Positions 55,857 to 64,000 of a DNA stretch of 64,000 bases are shown in pieces. Under the pieces are notes generated by a model that did no database searches, was not told the DNA's origin, and was given only the letters and a program-made list of their open reading frames with translations. Positions within the stretch are counted from its first letter, which is position 1. The number at the start of each line of letters is the position of its first letter. The DNA is from Candidatus Cacconaster equi. Its GTDB lineage: Bacteria > Bacteroidota > Bacteroidia > Bacteroidales > UBA932. The position numbers were made by a program, and so were the translations under genes. The DNA lies in contig JAGHSK010000001.1 in NCBI GenBank assembly GCA_018065895.1, positions 5,834 to 69,833 of the forward strand, read 5' to 3'.

Positions 55857-56585
55857 ATGAAGAAACAGGTCGTAATCATTCCAACGTACAACGAGAAGGA
55901 GAATATTGAAAAGATAATCCTCGCTGTAAGAGCGCAGGACATTGATTTCCATATCCTTATCATTGATGACGGCTCACCTGACGGAACAGCCGCCATCGTC
56001 AAGGAGATGCAGAAATCCCTGCCGGACAAACTTTTTCTCATCGAAAGGGCCGGCAAACTCGGACTCGGAACAGCCTACATAACAGGATTCCGATGGGCTC
56101 TTGAAAACGGCTACGACTACATTTTTGAAATGGACGCCGACTTCTCACACAACCCGAACGACCTTCCACGCCTTTACGAGGCCTGTGACAAGCGAGGAGC
56201 AGGACTGGCCATAGGCTCGCGATACTGCAACGGCATAAGCGTCATCAACTGGCCTATCGGACGGGTGATAATGTCCTACTACGCATCGGCATATGTCCGC
56301 ACCGTCCTCAGAATGAAAGTATATGACTGCACTGCAGGATTCAAATGCTACACCAGAGAGCTGCTCGAGGCCATCGACCTCGACCGCATCAGGATGCACG
56401 GCTACGGATTCCGGATTGAAATGAAATACAACGCCTACAAACTGGGATTCAAGATAGAGGAGGTGCCTATCATATTTGAGGACCGGAAAGAGGGCACGTC
56501 AAAGATGTCATCAGGAATATTCGGGGAAGCTTTCTGGGGCGTGATCAAACTCAGGTTCCGCAAGATATCACCACGCAGGAAATGA
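55857..56585 (+). CDS. Polyprenol-phosphate glycosyltransferase, Dpm1/Ppm1-like GT2
   Basis: Start set at ATG 55857 (MKKQVVIIPTYNEKENI). IIDDGSPDGT; DAD in FEMDADFSH; about 240 aa, the soluble Dpm1-type length. Confidence 0.85.
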   Translation: MKKQVVIIPTYNEKENIEKIILAVRAQDIDFHILIIDDGSPDGTAAIVKEMQKSLPDKLFLIERAGKLGLGTAYITGFRWALENGYDYIFEMDADFSHNPNDLPRLYEACDKRGAGLAIGSRYCNGISVINWPIGRVIMSYYASAYVRTVLRMKVYDCTAGFKCYTRELLEAIDLDRIRMHGYGFRIEMKYNAYKLGFKIEEVPIIFEDRKEGTSKMSSGIFGEAFWGVIKLRFRKISPRRK

Positions 56586-57481
56586 AAAAAGGCAGCACTT
56601 TCACTGCATATATTCTCATTTCGGTAGCCATATTCTTCTGGGGGCTGTCCCTCATATGGACCGATATGGTCATCGATATGCAAGTGCCGGTCTTCGTGTT
56701 CACATTCCTCAGAATGTGCATTGCAGGAGTGGTGATGCTCATTGCATCAGGCATCTCCGGGAAACTCCAGAAAATACAGAAAGGCGACCTCAAGTGGTTC
56801 ATTCTGATGGTGTTCAGCGAACCGTTCCTCTACTTCATAGGCGAATCTTTCGGGCTCAAATACACAGGTTCGCCGACACTTGTAGCCACTATCATAGCCA
56901 CCATCCCCGTATTCGTAATGATTCTGGGATATATTTTCTTCAAAGAGAACCTGTCACTCACCAACCGAGCAGGGGTGCTGATAACCCTCACTGGTGTGAT
57001 AATGTTCGTGCTGCTTGGAGGAGAACCCCTTCACGCCGACTACTTCTACGGCCTTGCCATAATAATGGTGGCGATTCTGGGGTCCTGCGGATATTCGCTT
57101 ATCTGCAAGAAGCTGACTTCCAAGTACACGCCATTCACGATCACAACATACCAGTTCGTCTTCGCTATACCGTTCTTTACGGTGACCTTTCTGATATGGG
57201 GTCTTCCGGAGTGGAAACCGGAGTTCCTTTCCTTTCAGGTGCTCCGCCCCATACTGTACCTTGCAGTACTTTGTTCCTGCCTCTGCTTCGGCCTTTATTC
57301 GAATGCCATCGACAAAATCGGTATGACCAAATCATCCATCTTCACCGCCATCATACCGATAGTGTCAGCCGTCTTCGCCTACTTTATGGGACGCGACAGC
57401 TTCACCACCCTACAATTGGCAGGAATGGCCATCACCCTTGTAGGAGTAGTACTGTCACAGTACAAACCCCTTCAGAGATAA
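56582..57481 (+). CDS. DMT-superfamily (EamA-type) transporter
   Basis: 10 predicted TM segments in two EamA-like halves; ATGA overlap with the upstream GT2 stop. Confidence 0.8.
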   Translation: MKKGSTFTAYILISVAIFFWGLSLIWTDMVIDMQVPVFVFTFLRMCIAGVVMLIASGISGKLQKIQKGDLKWFILMVFSEPFLYFIGESFGLKYTGSPTLVATIIATIPVFVMILGYIFFKENLSLTNRAGVLITLTGVIMFVLLGGEPLHADYFYGLAIIMVAILGSCGYSLICKKLTSKYTPFTITTYQFVFAIPFFTVTFLIWGLPEWKPEFLSFQVLRPILYLAVLCSCLCFGLYSNAIDKIGMTKSSIFTAIIPIVSAVFAYFMGRDSFTTLQLAGMAITLVGVVLSQYKPLQR

Positions 57482-59605
57482 TCCTATACGTTTCTTCTGC
57501 AGATCGACACTTACAACCCGGGCCTGAAGCTGCTGGTTGACCTTCAACACCTTTGAAGGGTCACTGACGTATTTGTCAGCCATCTGGGAGACATGTACCA
57601 ACCCGTTTTCGTGTATTCCGATATCCACGAAAGCGCCGAATGCCGTGACATTTGTAACTATTCCCGGGAGAATCATTCCAACCTTGACATCTTCGATCGT
57701 CCTTATGTCAGGCGAGAACTCAAACACCTTTATTGATCCCCGGGGATCTCTTCCCCTCTTGGAAATTTCAGACATAATGTCATTGAGTGTCGGCATACCG
57801 GCATCTTCTGAAACATACCGCTTCAGATCAACTTTCTGACGCACCTCAGACGATTCTATGAATTCAGACAGGGAGACTCCCGCATCGGATGCCATACGCT
57901 CGACAAGAGCATATCTCTCCGGATGTACGGCAGTGTTGTCGAGCAGGTTCGTCGCCCCGGGAATTCTGAGAAAACCGGCACACTGCTCGAAAACCTTATC
58001 TCCAAGACGCTTGACATTCTTCAATTGATTCCTGGAAGAGAAAGGACCGTTCTCGGCGCGGTAATCTGTAATATTCTTGGCAAGTACCTGACCTATTCCT
58101 GAAACATAACTCAGAAGATGGCTCGAGGCTGTATTCAAATTGACGCCCACACTGTTCACGCAACTCTCCACCGTCTCGTCGAGACGGGATTTGAGAAGGG
58201 CTTGATCCACATCGTGCTGATATTGTCCCACGCCGATGCTCTTCGGATCAATCTTGACGAGTTCCGCAAGCGGGTCCATCAGCCTACGGCCAATGGAGAC
58301 AGCGCCTCTGACTGTCACGTCGTACGAAGGAAATTCGGCGCGAGCTGTCTCGGATGCAGAATAAACGGATGCTCCATCCTCTGAAACCGAATAGACCTTC
58401 ACACCTTCCGGAAGTCCTATTTTCTGAATAAAGGACTCTGTTTCCCTGCCTGCAGTGCCGTTTCCTATAGCTATGGCTTCTATCTTATATGCCTCCACCA
58501 TCTGGGAGATCTTCTTCATCGCAGCGATTTTCTCATTTACAGGAGGATGTGGATAGATTGTATCGTTATGCAGCAGATTCCCCTGCGCATCCAGGCACAC
58601 TACCTTGCATCCGGTACGGAAACCTGGATCGATGGCGAGCGTTCTTTTCTGCCCGACAGGTGGAGCCAGAAGCAATTCACGCAGATTCTCTCCGAATACC
58701 CTGATCGCTTCGATATCCGCCCTCTCCTTTGCAGATGAGAGCACCTCATTTTCAATGGATGGATGCAGAAGCCGTTTGTATGAATCTTCGCACGCCATAT
58801 CCATCCGCCTGCGGCAGGCTTCAGAAGGACGTTTCTTCCCGCAGTAAACCTTGCGGGAGATACGCTCCAATGCATGATCCTGCGATACTTCAATCTTCAC
58901 GCTCAGATATCCCTGATCGAATGCCCTAAGGATGGCAAGAAGCCTGTGAGAAGGTATCTTGTCCACTCTCTGCGAAAAATCGAAATAATTTTCATATTTG
59001 AGAGCCTCCTGATCGTCCGTCTTTCCTTTTGCCTGTTTCGAAACTACAGTTCCCCAACGCGAATACAGGTCGCGCAACTCCGAACGTACAGGCTGAAGAT
59101 CCGCGACCATCTCCGCAATGATGTCTCCCGCTCCGGAAAGCGCATCCTCCACGGAAACAACGTCACCTTTGACGAATCGTTCTGCTTCCCGCTCCGGGCT
59201 TTGGCAGGACATATCCCAGATCATCATCGCCAACGGCTCCAGTCCTTTCTCACGAGCCGCTGACGCACGTGTGCGCCGTTTAGGACGATACGGTAAATAC
59301 AAATCCTCAACAGTCTGTGCATCAATCTCATTTTCTATCGCACTGCGGAGCTCTCCTGTAAGCTTTCCCTGTTCATCAATGCTGCTGAGAATAGCCTGCT
59401 TGCGTTTCTCCAGGTCATTGAACTTCAAATACCAGTGTCTGATTTCAGCCACCTGCATTTCGTCAAGCGCTCCTGTCCGCTCCTTTCGGTAACGGCTTAT
59501 GAACGGGACGGTAGCGCCCTCATCCAACAGTGCGATGCAATGTTCCACCTGCCAGGAAGCCACATCAAGCTGCCCGGCAATGTAGTCTGTGTATAACTTA
59601 TTCAT
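57455..59605 (-). CDS. tex: Tex-like RNA-binding transcription accessory protein
   Basis: Start set at ATG 59605 (MNKLYTDYIAGQL). ATVPFISRYRKE motif, YqgF-like and HhH regions, C-terminal S1 domain (GMILPGIVTNVTAFGAFVDIG). Confidence 0.9.
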   Translation of the reverse strand: MNKLYTDYIAGQLDVASWQVEHCIALLDEGATVPFISRYRKERTGALDEMQVAEIRHWYLKFNDLEKRKQAILSSIDEQGKLTGELRSAIENEIDAQTVEDLYLPYRPKRRTRASAAREKGLEPLAMMIWDMSCQSPEREAERFVKGDVVSVEDALSGAGDIIAEMVADLQPVRSELRDLYSRWGTVVSKQAKGKTDDQEALKYENYFDFSQRVDKIPSHRLLAILRAFDQGYLSVKIEVSQDHALERISRKVYCGKKRPSEACRRRMDMACEDSYKRLLHPSIENEVLSSAKERADIEAIRVFGENLRELLLAPPVGQKRTLAIDPGFRTGCKVVCLDAQGNLLHNDTIYPHPPVNEKIAAMKKISQMVEAYKIEAIAIGNGTAGRETESFIQKIGLPEGVKVYSVSEDGASVYSASETARAEFPSYDVTVRGAVSIGRRLMDPLAELVKIDPKSIGVGQYQHDVDQALLKSRLDETVESCVNSVGVNLNTASSHLLSYVSGIGQVLAKNITDYRAENGPFSSRNQLKNVKRLGDKVFEQCAGFLRIPGATNLLDNTAVHPERYALVERMASDAGVSLSEFIESSEVRQKVDLKRYVSEDAGMPTLNDIMSEISKRGRDPRGSIKVFEFSPDIRTIEDVKVGMILPGIVTNVTAFGAFVDIGIHENGLVHVSQMADKYVSDPSKVLKVNQQLQARVVSVDLQKKRIGLSLKGFVL

Positions 59606-61346
59606 GGGAAACTTGTTTAAGCTGTTCTCTGTATGATGAGAAAATCTTGCTCTTCGACACAAAACCTATGTACTTGTTTTCATCATCAACCACCGGAAGA
59701 TTCCATGCATTGGTGGTTTCGAATTTCTTCATCACACTCTCCATCTTCTCATCGGCATATACGAAAGCGGGAGCGCTCTTCATTATGTGATATATCTTGG
59801 TCGTATCGTATTTTGAAGAATCAAACATTATGTCGCGCACGTCGTCAAGTGTAACCACACCCTGAAAGCGGCCCTTGGAATCGAGCACGGGAAATATGTT
59901 GCGATGAGTGAGGGAAATAGTCTTTACGAGGTCTCCGAGTGAGTTCTCCACGTATATCGGGGTGAAGTCGTTCTCAATCATAGAGGATGTCTTGAGCAGC
60001 GTGAGCACCGCCTGGTCGCTGTCGTGAGTCAGCAGGTCACCTTGAGCGGCAATGCGCTTGGTGTAGATGGAATATGGCTCCACGATGCGGATGGTTGCAA
60101 AACTTACCGCAGCCGTCACGATAAGCGGGATAAACAGGTCATATCCCCCGGTTATCTCCGCGATAAGGAAGATAGCCGTCAACGGAGCCTGCATCACGCC
60201 AGCCATCATTCCGGCCATACCGACAAGTGCGAAATTCGCCTCCGGCAATACGGTTATGCCCGTAAGATTTATCAGACGCGCAACCACAAAGCCTGCAAGG
60301 CCTCCGGTCACCAGTGTCGGGCCGAACGTTCCACCCACGCCACCACCGCCGTTGGTAAGAGCGGTCGCATATACCTTGAAGAACATCACCGCAGCGAAGA
60401 ATGCAAGAAACGCCCACTCATTGCTCAAAAGCTTGTCCCCGAATATGCCTCCGGCAACTTCCGAAGCATTGTTGTTGAGCATGGACACCAGTGAATCATA
60501 CCCTTCTCCGTAGAGTGGAGGGAAGAGAAATATCAGTATTCCAAGCAATATGGCGCACAATATCCATCTTATATAAGGCTTGGATATCCTGCGCAGCTTA
60601 TCCTCCAGACGCATGGATGTCCGTATAAAATACAGGGACATACCTCCACAGAATATACCCAGAACGAGATAACCCGGTATGTTGATCATGCGGAACGATT
60701 CTATCGTATTGGAAAACTCCACGGAATTTCCCATCAGAAGATAGGTCACCACGGTGGCTGTTACCGAAGATATCATAATCGGGAGTATCGAGCTCATCGA
60801 AATGTTGAACAGGAGTATTTCCAACGTGAACAGCACTCCCGCCATAGGCGCCTTGAAGATTCCCGCCACAGCCGCGGCAGCACCGCATCCGAGCAGCAAT
60901 GTCATATTCCGGTATGACATTCCCACCTTTCTCGCCACATTTGAGCCGATTGCAGCACCGGTATAGACTATAGGCGCCTCAGCTCCGACGGAACCGCCGA
61001 ATCCGATTGTAAGCGCACTCGCCACAATGGAAGCCCATGTATTGCGTGGATGTATTCTGGATTCATTCCTGGAGACCGCCAGCAGCACTTTTGTCACTCC
61101 GTGGCTGATGTCCTCCTTAGCCAGATATTTGACGAAAAGCAGCGACAGAAGCATTCCGATTCCTGGATATAGCAGGTAAAAGAAGCTGTCGCCCGGGGTT
61201 TCGAACCAGGAGGTAAGACCCTCCCGTATGAGGAATATGAGTTTCTTCAGGATAACGGCAGCCAGACCGCACAACAAACCCACCGCCACTGCCAGAAGCA
61301 GCAGAAGGTTCTTTTCTGAAAGTGTACTGAGGGGTTTAGTCTTCAC
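59598..61346 (-). CDS. ClC-family chloride channel / H+-Cl- antiporter with C-terminal CBS pair
   Basis: Selectivity motifs GSVGAEAP, GIFKAPMAG and GGTFGP; C-terminal CBS-like repeats. Confidence 0.9.
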   Translation of the reverse strand: MKTKPLSTLSEKNLLLLLAVAVGLLCGLAAVILKKLIFLIREGLTSWFETPGDSFFYLLYPGIGMLLSLLFVKYLAKEDISHGVTKVLLAVSRNESRIHPRNTWASIVASALTIGFGGSVGAEAPIVYTGAAIGSNVARKVGMSYRNMTLLLGCGAAAAVAGIFKAPMAGVLFTLEILLFNISMSSILPIMISSVTATVVTYLLMGNSVEFSNTIESFRMINIPGYLVLGIFCGGMSLYFIRTSMRLEDKLRRISKPYIRWILCAILLGILIFLFPPLYGEGYDSLVSMLNNNASEVAGGIFGDKLLSNEWAFLAFFAAVMFFKVYATALTNGGGGVGGTFGPTLVTGGLAGFVVARLINLTGITVLPEANFALVGMAGMMAGVMQAPLTAIFLIAEITGGYDLFIPLIVTAAVSFATIRIVEPYSIYTKRIAAQGDLLTHDSDQAVLTLLKTSSMIENDFTPIYVENSLGDLVKTISLTHRNIFPVLDSKGRFQGVVTLDDVRDIMFDSSKYDTTKIYHIMKSAPAFVYADEKMESVMKKFETTNAWNLPVVDDENKYIGFVSKSKIFSSYREQLKQVSHE

Positions 61347-61749
61347 CGTCCTGTTCGGCGGCCTCGGCAGCGGCTATATCATCGTCGCTTGCAGGGAATG
61401 AGCCTTCCTCCTCTGCACCTTCGACGTCACCGCCATCATCTTCATCCTTGAAGAGCTCGCTCTCCACATCTCCGTAATCATCAACCTTCACTTTTATCTT
61501 GACAAGATAAAGAGCATCAGGTATCTCGAGCGAAACAGCATAAAACGAACTGCCGTCCGGTTTCTCCACCTTGAAAATATCACCCATATAGTCGGCATAG
61601 CCGTGAGGATACTTCTCCCTGAAGGCATCCATCAGTTCGTCTGACATATTTTCATAGCTGATTACAGCTCTCTTCTTTGGAATATTATTTATTGCCATTG
61701 CCTTTTCGTTTTCGGCCACAATAATAGGGCGATTTTTTGATACAAACAA
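61336..61749 (-). CDS. Hypothetical protein with acidic C-terminal tail
   Basis: 137 aa; no family recognised; D/E-rich tail. The start may be the ATG at 61698 (MAINNIPKK). Confidence 0.45.
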   Translation of the reverse strand: MFVSKNRPIIVAENEKAMAINNIPKKRAVISYENMSDELMDAFREKYPHGYADYMGDIFKVEKPDGSSFYAVSLEIPDALYLVKIKVKVDDYGDVESELFKDEDDGGDVEGAEEEGSFPASDDDIAAAEAAEQDGED

Positions 61750-61755
61750 AAAATT

Positions 61756-63273
61756 CTAATGTTTCTTGAAGAAAAATGTTTTCTGCTGCTGTTTTTTTAA
61801 AATATCCCTTTCAACGAACACAGGCTTGCCATTTCTCGGGTCTTTTCCGGTATGGAACATTTCTGTCGAAACCGTCATTGGCGTAGGAGTGAAATCCTGT
61901 ACCTGATCCATATAAAGTCCGTGAAGAGCCTCCTTTCTGCTCAACGCATCCATCTCCCGCATGCCACAGCCCGGATGGCCCGACATGAAATACGGTACGA
62001 GCTGATATTTAAGATTATGTTTCCTGTTTATCTTGTCGAACTCTAACCTCAGCCTCTCGAAAAGCTTGAAACCCGGCTTTGCCATCGCATTCAGAACCTG
62101 GTCTTCAGTATGTTCCGGAGCCACCTTCAGGCGCCCGCTGGTATGGTTGACCACAAGCTCCTCAAAATACCTGCGTCCGTCTTCACTCAGGAAACCATTT
62201 TCGTCGAGGAAAAGGTCATAACGTATGCCGCTGCCTATATAGGCGTGTTTGACTCCCGGGACTTTCAACACCTTTTCGTACAAATTCAGCAGGGCTGTAT
62301 GGTCGTGATTGAGATTCTTGCACCTGTTGGGGAAGAGACAGGAAGTCCTTCGACATTTCTCGCATATTGTACGGTCCAGTCCCCCCATTCTGTACATATT
62401 TGCAGTAGGGGCGCCCAGATCGGTTATTGTACCGCGGAAATCCGGCAGCTTGGTCAAGGCTTCCACCTCCCGGAGGATTGACTCTTCGCTTCGCGACTGG
62501 ATTATTTTGCCCTGATGTGCAGTTATCGCGCAGAAATTACATCCCCCGAAACATCCCCTGTGGGTAGTTATGGAGAACTTTATCATGTCGTAAGCGGGTA
62601 TACGTTTTCCTTTGTATCTGGGATGAGGCAGCCGGGTATAAGGCAGGTCGTATATTCTGTCAAGTTCTTCAGTTGTCAGCGGGGCACCGAAATACTCCTT
62701 TTTGAGAGGTTCCCCATTTTCAATGGCGTGCGCAATCTCGACGACAGGTTTTTCTCCCATACCGGCAATGAGGCAGTCCGCACCGCTCGTTTCAAGAATC
62801 GGAGGCATCATTCTGTTTTCCCAATAGTCGTAGTGGCGTTCTCTCCTGAGAGAGGCCTCGATGCCACCTATAACGACAGGCACATCGGGATAGAGTTTCT
62901 TCAATATGGTGCTGTAAACCGTCACTGCCCGGTCTGGCCGCTGTCCCGCCCTTCCTTCCGGAGTATATGCGTCATCACTGCGCAGACGCTTGGCGGCAGT
63001 GTAATGGTTCACCATCGAATCCATCGACCCGGATGTAACACCGAAAAAGAGGCGTGGAACGCCCAGTTTCCTGAAGTCGCGCAGATCATCTCTCCAGTTT
63101 GGCTGCGGAACCACCGCCACTCTGTAGCCTTCAGCCTCGAGAACTCTTGCAATTACAGCCGCTCCGAAGGCAGGATGGTCGATGTAGGCATCTCCCGTAA
63201 AGAGAATCACGTCGATGCTGTCCCAACCGAGAGCCTCTACCTCTTTTTTTGATGTCGGCAGGAATGGTGTCAT
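61756..63273 (-). CDS. ygiQ: YgiQ-family radical SAM protein (UPF0313)
   Basis: The N-terminal domain (FTGDAYIDHPAFG, GGIEASLRR) and the radical SAM cluster motif RGCFGGCNFC match the E. coli YgiQ layout as I recall it. It is shorter than E. coli YgiQ in the linker region. Confidence 0.8.
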   Translation of the reverse strand: MTPFLPTSKKEVEALGWDSIDVILFTGDAYIDHPAFGAAVIARVLEAEGYRVAVVPQPNWRDDLRDFRKLGVPRLFFGVTSGSMDSMVNHYTAAKRLRSDDAYTPEGRAGQRPDRAVTVYSTILKKLYPDVPVVIGGIEASLRRERHYDYWENRMMPPILETSGADCLIAGMGEKPVVEIAHAIENGEPLKKEYFGAPLTTEELDRIYDLPYTRLPHPRYKGKRIPAYDMIKFSITTHRGCFGGCNFCAITAHQGKIIQSRSEESILREVEALTKLPDFRGTITDLGAPTANMYRMGGLDRTICEKCRRTSCLFPNRCKNLNHDHTALLNLYEKVLKVPGVKHAYIGSGIRYDLFLDENGFLSEDGRRYFEELVVNHTSGRLKVAPEHTEDQVLNAMAKPGFKLFERLRLEFDKINRKHNLKYQLVPYFMSGHPGCGMREMDALSRKEALHGLYMDQVQDFTPTPMTVSTEMFHTGKDPRNGKPVFVERDILKKQQQKTFFFKKH

Positions 63274-63743
63274 AGGAGAGCGAATTTTTCAGTTTCCGAG
63301 AAATCCAAAACGTCACCGCGTCCGCACCTGATGCCGGCCGCCTCTTCCAAACAGATATAATCCCCTATTCTTATGGAAGTGTGTGCGGTGACAAAGGAGA
63401 TTGCCTTTGCGAACTGTGACAGTTCCTCTCCCCCAACCTGACGCAGGTCCGGATTGATGATTGTCGAGCCATCTATATAAGGTGTCATCCGTGGATTTCC
63501 GTCAGTGTCTTTTTCAGAAAAAACACCATAAAGAATCATTCCTGCGCCGCTTCCCTCGATATACCTTTCAGCGAAACGTTCGGCGACAGCCTTTCCGGCT
63601 TTCTTGACTTTTATATATCTGCACTTGAAAGCCTGCACACTTTCGCAATCATCCGGCAGATAGAAATCCTTGCATTCCCGTTCCAAAGTCGTGTCGGGAC
63701 GCGCGGAATAGTTTCCATCCGGAGTGACAACGAATATATTCAT
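63270..63743 (-). CDS. Hypothetical protein (157 aa)
   Basis: Start set at ATG 63743 (MNIFVVTPDG). ATGA overlaps at both ends, with the upstream exonuclease-like gene and with ygiQ. No confident family call. Confidence 0.45.
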   Translation of the reverse strand: MNIFVVTPDGNYSARPDTTLERECKDFYLPDDCESVQAFKCRYIKVKKAGKAVAERFAERYIEGSGAGMILYGVFSEKDTDGNPRMTPYIDGSTIINPDLRQVGGEELSQFAKAISFVTAHTSIRIGDYICLEEAAGIRCGRGDVLDFSETEKFALL

Positions 63744-64000
63744 CAGATACTCCCCAACTTGATTTTTGTGATGACCTGCTTCGTATCGAGCGTAAACTCC
63801 CCATTCATCATCCACTCGTAGTATGAAGGCTCAGTCCTGAATACGTCGGCCACACGGCGGCCCTTATGCTTGCCGAAATTGAAGACCGGCTCATCCTTCT
63901 CATCAAGTATGATTCTGCCGGCATAATCCACAAAGCGGCTCTGGCAGGAATATTTCGAAAGATAGCTGACATCGTTGAGAAGCGGGTCAACCTTGTCAGA
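63743..64000 (-). CDS. 3' part of a putative DnaQ-like 3'-5' exonuclease; 5' end beyond the window
   Basis: The frame is open to nt 64000. The C-terminal motif FNFGKHKGRRVADVFRTEPSYYEWM resembles the conserved tail of bacterial exonuclease-domain proteins. Confidence 0.45.
   Translation of the reverse strand, partial: SDKVDPLLNDVSYLSKYSCQSRFVDYAGRIILDEKDEPVFNFGKHKGRRVADVFRTEPSYYEWMMNGEFTLDTKQVITKIKLGSI

Noticed and set aside
56656-57540. A 294-aa same-strand, alternative-frame ORF inside the DMT transporter gene.
   Set aside because: The translation is Arg/His/Ser-rich, low-complexity and without motifs. The annotated frame gives a clean 10-TM EamA-type pattern and an ATGA coupling to the upstream gene.
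1-64000. A search by eye for CRISPR repeats, IS elements, integrases, phage or conjugation genes, toxin-antitoxin pairs and known defence-system signatures.
   Set aside because: None were found. All ORFs over 100 aa that are not shadow frames are accounted for by housekeeping or glycan and transport functions. No intergenic gap exceeds about 220 nt. tRNA-Lys and tRNA-Phe are not flanked by direct repeats or integrase genes within the window.

Overview
This is a gene-dense 64-kb chromosomal segment that reads as Bacteroidota, probably Bacteroidales. The evidence is the uppS-bamA-skp-skp and bamD/rpoZ-like/recN arrays, a Na+-NQR operon, a BACON/M64 protein, lipoprotein signal peptides, and many TAnnTTTG -7 promoter boxes. 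I call 55 protein genes (two cut by the window edges), one possible gene remnant, two tRNAs (Phe-GAA, Lys-UUU), three intrinsic terminators, 15 promoter boxes and 5 GGAGG ribosome-binding sites. I saw no CRISPR array, rRNA, transposase, integrase or phage gene, and the largest non-coding gap is about 220 nt. Most of the window is housekeeping: murI, gdhA, korAB, the Bam/Skp envelope genes, nadK, pdxJ, nagB, recN, trxB, priA, nqrA-F, a UvrD-type helicase, pheT, ftsY, tex, ClC and ygiQ. The accessory part lies at about 25.5-42.0 kb. It holds a two-armed surface-glycan locus (yfhO-GT2-unknown on one arm, GT4 / LicC-PLP fusion / OCD-like / licD / wzx / cgeB-like on the other). Next to tRNA-Lys sit a lipoprotein, an outer-membrane barrel and a MATE transporter with an extra C-terminal domain. 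The best candidate for something undescribed is the overlapping gene set at 32092-35655. It joins a LicC-type cytidylyltransferase fused to a CobD/HisC-type PLP enzyme, an ornithine-cyclodeaminase-family protein, and LicD. I predict it makes and installs a CDP-activated amino-alcohol-phosphate head group without choline or phosphonate genes. The second notable point is nqrE, whose conserved N-terminus is still encoded but is interrupted by an in-frame TGA and has ATT where the start Met aligns. All product calls come from motif recognition by eye. No searches or folding programs were run, so family assignments and start codons are provisional.
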